From: Podarcis vaucheri
Lineage: Eukaryota
Length of the DNA stretch: 64,000 bases
Assembly: GCA_965113315.1 (NCBI GenBank)
Contig: OZ220363.1
Reading direction: 5' to 3' (one strand)
The position numbers were made by a program, and so were the translations under genes. Below are positions 37,456 to 48,812 of the stretch, in pieces (position 1 is the first letter of the stretch; each line of letters begins with the position of its first letter). The notes beneath the pieces are model-generated. The model was not told where the DNA came from. It did not search any database and saw only the letters and a list, made by a program, of their open reading frames with translations.

Positions 37456-38376
37456 GTGTGTGCGTCAGGGTAGCTGAAGGGGAGGGTTATGGACAATCAC
37501 ATTGGAAGGTGACATATTATCAGGTCATATTATGGTGAGAATGGGTGTGCTGTCAAGTCGTAGAGGCATCATCAACCAGAAGAAAGCTGGGTGTGACACA
37601 GATTTCTGCATATTCATTGTGGCCACTGAGATCTGTCGGTTGGAAAGTAGGGTTGCACTTTCAGAAGGACAATTGATTTCACTATGTCAACTATACAATT
37701 ATATCAAAATGTGCTTTCCCTTTTGCAATAGTACATTTCTTACCATGGGCTAGCCGGGGGGGCAGGGCTTAGGGCAGAAGCCCTAGACCCCGACTTAGGA
37801 GCATACCAAGGTGCCAAGCGAGCACCTTGACTTGTGTTGTGTTGTGTTGTGTTGACTTGTGTCAACAGCCCAAGCCATTTGGATATTCCAGTGATTGGCC
37901 AGGGCTTTAATAGGAGCGCCAGTCATAGCAGCCAAAAAATCCCCGCTTTCAGTGTATTTGCATTATTTTAAATGATCATACGCTACATTTTCTGTGTTGC
38001 TGATGAGACTCCTTTTGGTTGTGTGAAGTGATACATACATCAAACAAACTAAACCTAAATTAAACTTGAGTGAGGTGTTATAGATGCTACAACCTCCCTG
38101 ACAGAGATTTTTGTTCAAAGAGGCAGTATCAATAGATTGTTAAAATGCTTGGGTGGAACCCCCTTCCCCAAAATGTCACACAGGTAGTAAGTATTACTCA
38201 CTTAGGTGGAAACTGCATTGGGAAAATAAGGATGAAAACTCTGGTTAAAGAATACAGTATGTGGAATATTTTTTCAAAAGAAATTCTCTTTTAATGTAGA
38301 GTAGAAAACAGAACAGAAGTTGAACTTAAACATGTAAATAAAACATATCTTAATATTTGGAGGGCTGGCTTATTTA

Positions 38377-38408
<32 letters not shown>

Positions 38409-39689
38409 ATTGCTTACTTACTTACCTCCAAAAGTCCATATTTTCATGGTACAACTTCCTGGAAACCTTACTGAGCATTTTCTTGATTTGTTGCAGGGAG
38501 GTTAGATGACCTTGGCTATTTAAAGAGCCTTCAACCCTCCATTGTCTCCGGAGGTAGATGGATGCCAACCAGTTCTGATTCTTTTGTAGGGAGGTTAAAT
38601 GATATTGCATCAAAGCAGGTGTCACCCACCCCCACTTTCCAGTGCATTTTCTGATCACTTTTCTTCTCGCAAAAATGTCAATCTTTTGGGGAAGTTGGTT
38701 TCTTGAGCAAGAGCTCCTAATCAGCTGTAACTGCACAACCTGAATGTACCGATACTGTGTATATGACTGGATCCTGGTTTGTGACTAAAATGTTTCCTTC
38801 CAGTAGGTGGCAGCCCAACCAAATTTGCACACACAATACCTCTCCTGTTAATTGAAAGCACATTCCCCCCCCCCCGCAAAGAATTCTAGGTATTGTAGTT
38901 GGTTTAGAGCTGCTGGAAATTGTAGTTCTGTGAGGGGTAAACTACAGCGGCTGAAACTTTTTGAAAGAAATAATGTGCTTCGGCTGTGCTTTAAAAGTAT
39001 AGTGCGTACACAGCCCCAATATGAGGAAGAGAACTTTCCTGTAAATACTGGAAATCTGTTCTGTTAGAAGTCGTATTTTAAAATTTCTGAATTTCCAGAG
39101 TTGCTAAGCAGGGTCCTGATAGTGCTTAAGTGGATCATCTGAGACAGGTTTCTGAGGGAAGACAAAAGGGAAAGCCTCCCTCACTCCCCTCCCTGCCCTC
39201 AGGCACATGTTCTTATTATGAAGGTATCTTTTAAGTGATAAGGATGATAAGATTAACAAGTTAGAATGCAATGCAGCAATATTCCCCTAAGGAAATGCAA
39301 GTGGTGGCATTTTTGGCTTGCTTAAGTATAAATTAATCAGATGTTAATGGCTCAAACATTCCATTTAAAATTTCGTTTTCAGTAGGAACCTGTCTCCGTG
39401 CTAACCATGCAATCTTGCAGTAGAAAGGCTGAATTGAAATCCTCTGATTAAAAAAGGTCTAGCCTGATGGACTTGTAGAAGCCAGTTGGCCCTTAACCTG
39501 TTAGACTCAGGTCCAACCATCTGTTGTTGATACAACACCACACTTTGACTAGTGTGATCGGCAGAGTATGCGCAGCTCCAGCAGATTCTTCCAGCACAAC
39601 ATGCAGAGTCTTCCTGCTTTCCAGTAGACTGCCATGTCCAGAGTTCCTGGTTAAGACAACTCCTTTCTCACTCAGTTCAGTTCAAAGTA

Positions 39690-39930
39690 CAGTGGTACCT
39701 CAGGTTAAGTACTTAATTCGTTCCAGAGGTCTGTACTTAACCTGAAACTGTTCTTAACCTGAAGCACCACTTTAGCTAATGGGCCTCCTGCTGCCGCCAC
39801 GCCGCCGGAGCACGATTTCTGTTCTCATCCTGAAGCAAAGTTCTTAACCTGAAGCACTATTTCTGGGTTAGCGGAGTCTGTAACCTGAAGCGTATGTAAC
39901 CTGAAGCGTATGTAACCCGAGGTACCACCG
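39690..39930. mobile_element. Tc1/mariner-type MITE (same family as 15134-15375)
   Basis: CAGTGGTACCTCAGGTTA...TAACCCGAGGTACCACCG, TA flanks. Confidence 0.9.
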
Positions 39931-40556
39931 TATAAAACGTTTATTGTCTCATGGCACAAGACAAGCATAAACATGCTAGCTACGTTAACTGATGCTGGTA
40001 CATCATGAACTAATCTACTATAAAATACAATTATTCTGGTCTTAGAAATAAACATTTCAAAGATACAAATGGACAGAGAGATCCACTAGCACTTTGCCAT
40101 GCTAGCTCACCATGCTATAGCATGTAACCTTCAGTTTCACAACACTGATGCTTTGCACTGAGTAGTGAACACCTCACACTGCTAGCAAAAGCAGTCCTGG
40201 CTTTATACCACCAACACCACCCCACTGCACATTCACACAATCCTTAGAGAAAGGGACGGTGGGTGAGTTGTGCTTTAGGCATTTATCCCTGGACTGTTTC
40301 TAACCACCTGGCTCCTTCTCTAAGCAGAACCCAGTCACAGAGAATGTGCAGTTCAGAACACGGCCCAAGCATTTAGTGCCATTTCACCCATATTTTTTTC
40401 CAAATTACACCAGCATAGTTGTTAATATTTTGGACAGTGAAATGCAACATGGAAGGGGGATATTTATCAAAAGCATTTGTCCTCGGCAAGTAGCATTTGC
40501 ATATTGCACTATAGAGGTGAAAGCAATGCGTACAACTTTGTCTCCACTCCACCTAG

Positions 40557-40666
40557 GGCAGGACGATTACGACAGGCTCCGCCCCCTCTCCTATAATGGG
40601 GCTCATGCAGTTATCATGTGCTATGATGTCACCAGCCCTGCCAGCTTCAACAACATCCTCACAAAG
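40557..40666 (+). CDS. RHOD: RhoD GTPase, coding exon 3 (switch II)
   Basis: (G)QDDYDRLRPLSYNGAHAVIMCYDVTSPASFNNILTK; 110 nt; AG/GT boundaries keep the frame. Confidence 0.95.
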
Positions 40667-41198
40667 GTAAAAAGGCCATGCAATAACTAAGCCAAGGCTA
40701 TCTATGAACTCAGTAAGAACAGCTGCCTCTGGAGTCTATGGAATAGGTGATATAAGAATAATGTGATATGATAGATAGATGTAGATATAATCTGCAGATT
40801 TGCACCCAACATTGCTCAGGAATTTTAAGATACCCAAAAAATCAGTGTCGTCTTGAAAGCTCCAGTCCACCATCTTGATTCAAAATGGCGTCCAGTTGTA
40901 CCCTAGCATCGATTAAGCACACAAATTTCCTGTGTGTGTGTGTGGTATAATCAAATTGGTATGCCAAGTTGGCATGCACACACACTACAGCATTCCTGAA
41001 GCATTGAAAGAGGGGAAGTAGTTAATAGGAAAGGCATCATTTAGCAGATATGGGTGCCTTATTTAAGGAAACAATTCATTTTCATATTAATATAGTGAAC
41101 AAACTAAACATTTTAAGTTGTGGTTCTTCAGAAAAACCTCTATTAATTTCTCTGCTCATTTATATATCAGGATCCAGCCCCTCACCACCATGTTACTT

Positions 41199-41255
<57 letters not shown>
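41199..41255. repeat. (CT)n microsatellite forming the polypyrimidine tract of RHOD exon 4
   Basis: Seen directly, ~16 nt upstream of the acceptor AG at 41270-41271. Confidence 0.95.
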
Positions 41256-41261
<6 letters not shown>

Positions 41262-41271
41262 CCCCTTTTAG

Positions 41272-41406
41272 TGGTACCCTGAAGTGAACCATTTCTGCAG
41301 AGGGATTCCACTCCTGCTTGTTGGATGCAAGACAGACCTAAGAAAGGACAAGGTTCTGCTAAGGAGGTTGCATCAGGACCATCTGGAGCCCATCACATAT
41401 CAGAAG
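41272..41406 (+). CDS. RHOD: RhoD GTPase, coding exon 4 (G4 CKTD, Rho insert)
   Basis: WYPEVNHFCRGIPLLLVGCKTDLRKDKVLLRRLHQDHLEPITYQK; 135 nt. Confidence 0.95.
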
Positions 41407-41595
41407 GTAATACAATCAGCAGATAGCTCCTCTGCACCAGCCTCACACTGGCAAGAGTCAGCACCAATGGACTTCCACACTAAACAATATGAATCCCACA
41501 GACATGTCTCTGGGACACAGCAGACATGTTGTTGTTTTTACTTCTGCCCATATGGTCATTCTTGCCAGAGCCCCATCCTTGCCAGGTGCTGGTAA

Positions 41596-41766
41596 TGGGG
41601 AGTGAAGCTACAGGGAACCAGGCAGAGGGCCTTCTGGGTAGTGACACCTGCCCTGTGGAAAGCTCTCCCATCAGATGTCAAGGGAAAAAGCAACTATCTG
41701 ACTTTTAGAAGATATCTGAAGGCAGCCCTATTTAAGGAAGTTTTTAATGTTTGATGTTTTATCGTA

Positions 41767-41805
<39 letters not shown>

Positions 41806-41847
41806 TTCTGTTGGGAGCCACCCAGAGTGGCTGGAGTATAAATATAA

Positions 41848-41897
<50 letters not shown>

Positions 41898-41900
41898 CAT
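41596..41900 (+). mobile_element. L2 LINE 3' end with (TAA)n/(ATT)n expansions in the last RHOD intron
   Basis: GGGAACCAGGCAGAGGGCCTTCT...CCCATCAGATGTCAAGG...CTGAAGGCAGCCCT; reverse complement of 47913-48090. Confidence 0.8.
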
Positions 41901-41954
41901 TTATTATGACATTCTCTTCTTCTCCTCTTTCCCCCTCCACACACACCTTTATAG

Positions 41955-42122
41955 GGAGAGTCTTTGGCCCGGAATCTCCATGCAGTTGCCTACCTTGAGT
42001 GCTCAGCTCGTTTCCATGAGAACATCATCGACGTATTCACAGAGGCTTCCAGAGCAGCCTTGAGTACCATGAAGAAGAAGAAACGCAGGTGCAAACCCAA
42101 AAGGACTTGCCTGCTTTCCTGA
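41955..42122 (+). CDS. RHOD: RhoD GTPase, coding exon 5 (G5, polybasic tail, CaaX CLLS, stop)
   Basis: GESLARNLHAVAYLECSARFHENIIDVFTEASRAALSTMKKKKRRCKPKRTCLLS*. Spliced CDS is 648 nt (215 aa). RhoD-diagnostic residues and KDM2A adjacency support RHOD over RHOF. Confidence 0.93.
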   Translation, partial: GESLARNLHAVAYLECSARFHENIIDVFTEASRAALSTMKKKKRRCKPKRTCLLS

Positions 42123-43790
42123 TAGCCAGAGTAGATCAACATGTCAGCAGATGGATGGAACCAACAGTGGAGGATTGGTGGGGTGTTTGGCAACTGCCCA
42201 GCACCCCACACTTTAGGGAGCCCCCAAGTCTTGTACAAAATCCTGCTTGCCTCCTTTATGGTCAGTCATTCTCAGCAGGATTTCAGTTGAACATAAACTT
42301 GGGAGAGGCTGCAATTACAGTGGATTGATTGAGGACTTTGCTTCCAAGGAGGCTCAAAACAGTTCATTTCATTAAACAGGGTACTAGAGAGTTTACTTTT
42401 AAGTGATCAATCATTATACCATTATTTATCAGTGATCTGACTACCATATGTTCCTCCTACCATGATATTATATGAAAACTTTTATATTTTTTTAGATTTT
42501 TAGGGTTTCCTCGACATAACAATTTGTTTCTTTTTGTTTATGACTTGTATCTGTGTATTTACAATGTAGTGTTAGATAATGTATTCTTGCACACAGTCTC
42601 CCTCCATTTTGATTCAGGCATACCTCACTCAAGGGCCCTCTTCCAGAAAACACGAATCCCGAGTTCTGACACCAGTGTTGCACACCACCCCAATCTCTGA
42701 GCTGTGCAAAATTCCAGGGGTTCCAGGTGCTTTGTCCAGGGTCCATGTTTCATTTTGGGAATGAGGCACATAAGAGACTGTGGTGGCTTTATGATATATA
42801 GTATATGTATACAAACTGAGCCTACGATGGAGGGGTTCACAGCATTAACACTCCAAGAGGGTCTTGCTTCTCCCATAGGTGCAGCCTTGGATCCAAACAG
42901 ACATCAGACATCATGCCCTGCCTGCTACTTCACTTCTCCTGGTCACATAACTCCCAACACTGCCACTCCAAGTTTTGGCTTTATCTGTTGGGGGAAAGGT
43001 CCCACTCATTTGCCATCTCACCCAAGCACCTTTTGATCCTTTGTCGTATTAATGGTTCATCCACCATGCTACCACCTCCACACAGGAGAATAGCTTGGCT
43101 TAATTAGCTTTGGACACTTGCTAATTCTAGGGGAATTAGAAATATCTCGTACACAACTTCATACGTGTCTGGCATCTAGTTTTAACACCCTAGCTTTAAT
43201 TAAATTCTAACAGCTACTAGACCCAGCAAATTACAGATGTCTAGCATCCACAAACTCATAATATTCTCCACTCCAGTTGTATTAAAAATTGACCACAATG
43301 AATGTATTATGATACAATTGTATTTCCACTGCAGTTTCATGTAAAGAATCAAGTGAAATTTTATGCCTGACTTGCTTTCATTCCTTTAAGGGGCCCCAAA
43401 TGACTTTCTTGCCCAGGTTCCCCCAAACCTTAGGGGCACCAGAATGTACCAGCTTAAAATCAAGCCTCCAAGATCTAGTGACTCGATATCTGCTTGCTTT
43501 TAGCAGCTGGCTTAAGTGAAGAAGATTAGTAGATGGTCTTAGCTTCTGGATCTAAATGTCATGGGAATCAGGTAAAGACCTCCCTCCACATATTCCATTT
43601 GTGTTTATACCAGGCCTAAAATATGTAAACCCCACCAGCCAAATGCAGCCTACCAGCCACTCAATATGCCTCCTGTTTTTGCTGTCTGCCTAAGATTGCA
43701 AATGGAGGAGTTGTCAAGTGCCTGGCATGCCACAGGTAGCAAGCAGGCTGCAACCAGCTTCTTTAGGACAGGTTTACACCAAACCTTAAA

Positions 43791-44040
43791 AGAAGAAGAG
43801 GAGTTTGGATTTGATATCCCGCTTTATCACTACCCGAAGGAGTCTCAAAGCGGCTAATGTTCTCCTTTCCCTTCCTCCCCGACAACAAACACTCTGTGAG
43901 GTAAGCAGGGCTGAGAGACTTCAAAGAAGTGTGACTAGCCCAAGGTCACCCAGCAGCTGCATGTGGAGGAGCGGAGATGTGAACCCGATTCCACAGATTA
44001 TGAATCTACTGCTCTTAACCACTGCACCACACTGGCTCCC
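43791..44040 (-). mobile_element. tRNA-derived SINE (Squam3-like)
   Basis: Near-identical to 26710-26956. Confidence 0.85.
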
Positions 44041-44789
44041 ACCTTCTAAATTTGTTGTCCACTATATCCACCCAAGTGCTTATGTCTTCCATGTTGTTGA
44101 TTGTCAACACTGTCATTTCCAGAAAATTATGTTTCCTGAGAAGCTGCAGTAGAGGTTGTTAATTTCACACATTTTTTTTCATCCTTTCTGGGACCTGATT
44201 TTGCCTTTAGTCAATTTAGGGATCTATAATCCTCAGACAGAGTAGCTGGCAACAACTACAAGCACCTGGCCACAATGAGTGATAGTATTCCAAGTCACCC
44301 AAAGAACAGGTTTTCTCTGCTACTTATAAAGTTTCACTAGATATTGACCAAAAAGTATGTCTGTTCTGAGTTACTGTTTTTTAAAGTCACTACTTTGTTT
44401 TTGTACACTGCTTTGTTTTTGCCCTGGGGATTATCTAATACTTATTTCCCCTAAATTGATTTCTGAATTTTGAATTTTATTGTTATTAATGTTTTTATAC
44501 TGTATTTTATGCTACTTTTACAATTAAGTGTTTTAAATTTGTTGTTAGCCGCCCTGAGCCCAGTTTTGGAACTGGGAAGGGTGGGGTATAAATTATTATT
44601 ATTATATTATTATTATTATTATTCGTCCCTGAGCTTTCCGATCAGTTTTGCCATTTCAGCTTGATTTGCCATTCCTCTCTGGTAGGGGCTTTGTCTTATT
44701 CCATCTCTGGGCTAATAGCATCTGTGTCATTTCTGTTCCTTTGGGATGTCGGTACCTACCATTCCTAATAAAAAGTCTTCTGGTTATTT

Positions 44790-45130
44790 TACAAAAGTTA
44801 TTTTAAACATTTTTTTTTCAATTCATTATATATCATTTCCCAGAAAGTCTTTATAACTTTGCATGATCACTGCAGATGATAAAAGGTAACTTTTTTTCTT
44901 TACATTTCCAGCAGGTATTTTTACTTGTTCTATACATTTTTGCTAGCTTACTAGGAGTCAAATACCACCGGTACATCATTTTCATGTAATTTTCTTTTAG
45001 CGTAGAACATGCCATGAATTTCAAATCCGTTTTCCATAACCATTCCCAGTCTGAATGTTGTGCTCCAAATCCTTTGCCCAGTGTATCATTACAGATTTAG
45101 CCTGTTCATCTTTTGTATGCCATTCCAAGA
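44790..45130 (-). mobile_element. Degraded L1 ORF2 C-terminal fragment
   Basis: Reverse strand encodes ...LKENYMKMMYRWYLTPSKLAKMY..., homologous to 22890-23200. Confidence 0.75.
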
Positions 45131-46055
45131 GTCACTACTTTGGAGAACATTCTGGGCTCCAGAATGATTGAAGAATGGAGAAGGATGTTTATATGCTCTC
45201 AGCCCAACATTTGTTCAATGGTATGCACTGGATTGGGGTGGGATAAGAGTTGAATATAAATTTAACAGAAAAATCCATAGCATCTAGGGCTAGAACTTTG
45301 GAAACAGTTACTGTACTGGACAGCACATTCCAACAATATGACCTTGAGGTGGAAATAAGTCAAAGCTCATTGCATGGCAGCTGAAATCATGTGATGAGGC
45401 AGCCATGCAAAGCCTCCAGTCATAAGACAAACTCATCACAATAACCACCCATAGCCACACACACACACAAACCCAGGGGAGAGAGGATGGAATACCACTG
45501 AGTTGGAGGCTATAGACATCAATGAAATGGAAAAGATCTCAGTTCAAATCTTCAGTTAGGCACAACGCTCTTTGGATGACATAGGACAAATCATAATTTG
45601 TCAAATGAGGCTATTTCATAGGATTTATCTGAAAATAAAACGGGATAGCCCCCAAGCAGGCCATTCTGAACTCCTTGGAAGAAGGGCATGTCATATAAGG
45701 TGCATTTTAAATTAACTTCTATCCCTGATTTTTAAATTAAATAAAAGTATTTAACTCTTTTCTCTGTTTGTTATGCTTCTGAAGCTAATAGGTTGGGCAG
45801 ATGCAGAAAAGGACAGAGCTCCACCATCTTTAACATATATCCTGGATCCAAACCACTTAGGACTTTATGGATACTAATCTACTACTGGAACCCAGTGCAG
45901 ATTCAACAAAAACAGATGAATATGTTCCCAAAAGCAAACCCCAGGCAACACTCTGGCTGCATCATTTTGCACCAACTGAAGTTTCAAACACTTTTCAGGG
46001 GCAGCCCCACCTAAAGCACATTGCATGAATCTAATCTGAATATGATCACGACATG

Positions 46056-46195
46056 AGGCGCAATGAGGCAGTGTGTCTGGCTGTTAACCAGAAGGTTAGT
46101 GGGCAGTTGTGGGCAGAATTCCTGCCTTGCAGGGGGTTGGACTAGATGACTCTCGGGGTCCCTTCTAACTCTGGAATTCTATGATTCTATGGCTC
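46056..46195 (+). mobile_element. SINE with CR1-type tail (Squam2-like), degraded
   Basis: tRNA-like head followed by GGGGGTTGGACTAGATGAC...ATTCTATGATTCTAT. Confidence 0.55.
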
Positions 46196-46668
46196 TATAA
46201 GTCACAGTGGTGAAGCCTGCTTTTTTGCAGGAAAGAGCACAGTTGGCACACTCACTTAAACTGGGCAAAAGTAGTGCTGGCCACAGCCCACACCCAACAG
46301 TCCAGGAGTATACAATAAAGGGGCACATTCAAACTGCAAATGTCATTCAGTGTGAATACTTTGCAACTCCATCTGCTGCACATGTAACCTTGCACTGATT
46401 TCCCTGTTGACCAACAGCACCTCACCATGCTCAGACATTGGTTTCCACAGCATCTCTAGAATGACATAGAAAAGAGAGATAGGCCTGAGTGTCTCCTGCA
46501 TATTATTGATAGCACCCCATGCCAAACAGGTGTCCCCCAAAATCACCTTCTGGGCCCTGCCCACCTAGGTAGGACTGCAGTCATCACAAAACAGTGCATC
46601 CAAGCCCCATCCTGTCCAAACAGCACAGGAGTCATCAATTAGTCCCATGGATTTAAAAAGCGTGCCTG

Positions 46669-47059
46669 CAGGGGCGTCTTACCCATAGAGGCTAGTGGTG
46701 CAGGGCGCCAGGGCACCAAGTTCTGGAGGGTGCCAGGGAAGAGGTGGAGGCTGGACGCGGCGCGTCCCGGCATCAGCTCGCCGCCCTTGCCTGCCTCCGC
46801 CATACTGCGTCGAAGCAGCACTGCGCTCGGAGCCTCCGTCTGCCGTGGCCACCATGGCACGAAGCAGCCAGTTGAGCTAGGACGCACCACATCCAGCCTC
46901 CACCTGTTCCCCGCCAGAGGAGCCGCCCTCCAGCTGCTGCCTGCCTCCTCCAGCCCCACCGGCAGCATCATCCTTCCTAAAAAAACTCTGGGAAACGGCG
47001 GGGGGGGGCACCGGAGGGAGCTTTGCACCACAGCGCCAGATATGCTTAAGACGGTCCTG
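46669..47059. mobile_element. hAT (Tip100-like) MITE related to 18143-18409, opposite orientation
   Basis: CAGGGGCGTCTTA...TAAGACGGTCCTG; TSD CGTGCCTG/CATGCCTG. Confidence 0.85.
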
Positions 47060-47494
47060 CATGCCTGGAACTGCTGTCTTAAGTATATATTTTGTTAGCC
47101 TGCAATCATTTCTAATTGACAGAGAGAATAGAACCATACGCAAACCACATGGAAAGTGCTTCCATTCATGCAAACACCTCCATTTCTGGGATTCACTTCC
47201 AGGTTCCCGGCACTGCACGTGTGTGTGTTGTTGTGCACAAATAGAGCACATGTAAATGGAGAGTTGCCTGAAGATGTGTTTCAAGGTAAAAAAAAGGCAT
47301 CAGTGAGGGAAACAGCTTTATCTTCATGGGGAACAAATTCCACAAGCAGGAAGCCACCACAGACGAAGCCCTATGCCCACATCACCACATACCAAGCCAT
47401 ACACATTGATGGGACTGCGAAATGCGGCTCCTCTGCATTCACATGCACAAATACATAGGCACATTTTATACAGACACACATAAAAGAGTAATAC

Positions 47495-48245
47495 TAGTAA
47501 TAATAATAATGATGATAATAATTTATTATTTATACCCTGTGGCAGGGACGCGGGTGGCGCTGTGGATAAAACCTCAGCACCTAGGACTTGCCGATCGCAT
47601 GGTCGGCGGTTCGAATCCCCGCGGCGGGGTGCGCTCCCGTCGTTCGGTCCCAGCGCCTGCCAACCTAGGAGTTCGAAAGCACCTCCGGGTGCAAGTAGAT
47701 AAGTAGGGACCGCTTACCAGCGGGAAGGTAAACGGCGTTCCGTGTGCTGCGCTGGCTCGGCAGATGCAGCTTGTCACGCTGGCCACGTGACCCGGAAGTG
47801 TCTGCGGACAGCGCTGGCTCCCGGCCTATAGAGTGAGATGAGCGCACAACCCTAGAGTCTGTCAAGACTGGCCTGTAAGGGGTACCTTTACCTTTTACCT
47901 ATACCCTGTGGCTTCTAACTGAATATTAAAAACACAATAAAACATCAAACATTAAAAACTTCCCTAAACAGGACTGCCTTCAGAAGTCTTCTAAAAGTCA
48001 GATGGTTGCTTATTTCCTTGATATCTGATGGGAGGGTGTTCCACAGGGCGAGTGCCACCACCGAGAAGGCCCTCTGCCTGGTTCCCTGTAACTTCGCAAT
48101 GAGGGAACTGCCAGAAGGCTCTCGAAGCTGGACCTCAGTGTCCGGGTTGAACGATGCGGCTGGAGACGCTCCTTCAGGTATACTGGGCTGAGGCCGTTTA
48201 GGACTTTAAAGGTCAGCACCAGCACTTTGCATTGTGCTTGGAAAC
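47495..48245 (-). mobile_element. L2 LINE 3' fragment
   Basis: Encodes VLVLTFKVLNGLSPVYLKERL (L2 ORF2 C-terminus); (TAT)n tail. Confidence 0.85.
47544..47899 (+). mobile_element. Sauria SINE (Squam1), young copy nested in an L2 tail
   Basis: Pol III A box GGTGGCGCTGTGG, B box GGTTCGAATCC, ACCTTT tail, CpGs retained; 13-bp TSD TATACCCTGTGGC (47531-47543, 47900-47912). Confidence 0.92.
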
Positions 48246-48681
48246 ATAATACTAGTCCTGGGAATAGGTAGAAACAGTGATGTTAATTGGATTGGCATTG
48301 CTACAGGCCACCCCAATCTTTGCTAAGCAGGAGCAAGTTTCCCAGGGTCTTGGCACTTCAGCAGGGTTTTTGTTGCTTTGGAGCAAGGCAAGGTGGAGTC
48401 TGTTGTGTCTTTAAGAAATATGGTTTATTCACAAATATGTACACCTAAGTTTTATAAAGGGAGTGCAGAACAATATACTCCAAGGATGTCTCTTGTCGCT
48501 CCCTTCATACCTTACGCAAGCTTGGTTGCAGAGCAGAAGCCAGCCATGCTCCCCAGACTCTGGGTGCAGCCTCTCCCAGCAGCGCCAGACCAAGGACATT
48601 GCTTTGCACGCAGTTCCCCTGCACAAGGCGCTGAGCTGAGGGAGTGCAAAACTGAGAAGATCCATAACAGAGAAGTTCTCT

Positions 48682-48812
48682 GTTACAGATAGGTAGCCGT
48701 GTTGGTCTGCCATAGTCAAAATAAAAAAATTCCTTCCAGTAGCACCTTAAAGACCAACTAAGTTAGTTCTTGGTATGAGCTTTTGTGTGCATGCACACTT
48801 CTTCAGATACAC
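48682..48812. mobile_element. Penelope-like element terminal fragment
   Basis: GGTAGCCGTGTTGGTCTG...GTAGCACCTTAAAGACCAAC...CTTCTTCAGATAC; 11-bp direct repeat AGAAGTTCTCT (48671-48681, 48813-48823). Confidence 0.75.
48773..48810 (-). ncRNA. Minimal type I hammerhead ribozyme motif, probably inactivated
   Basis: Minus strand: GTAT CTGAAGA A GTGTGC-AT-GCACAC AAAA GC TC ATAC; the core GAAA reads AAAA here. Confidence 0.6.

Noticed and set aside
34717-42122. Calling the GTPase RHOF
   Set aside because: RhoD-diagnostic residues and direct adjacency to KDM2A rather than KDM2B favour RHOD; some uncertainty remains without a tree.
47544-47625. tRNA-like A/B box sequences (also at 62418, ~35400, ~26900, ~44000)
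   Set aside because: SINE heads continuing into SINE bodies and tails; not tRNA genes.
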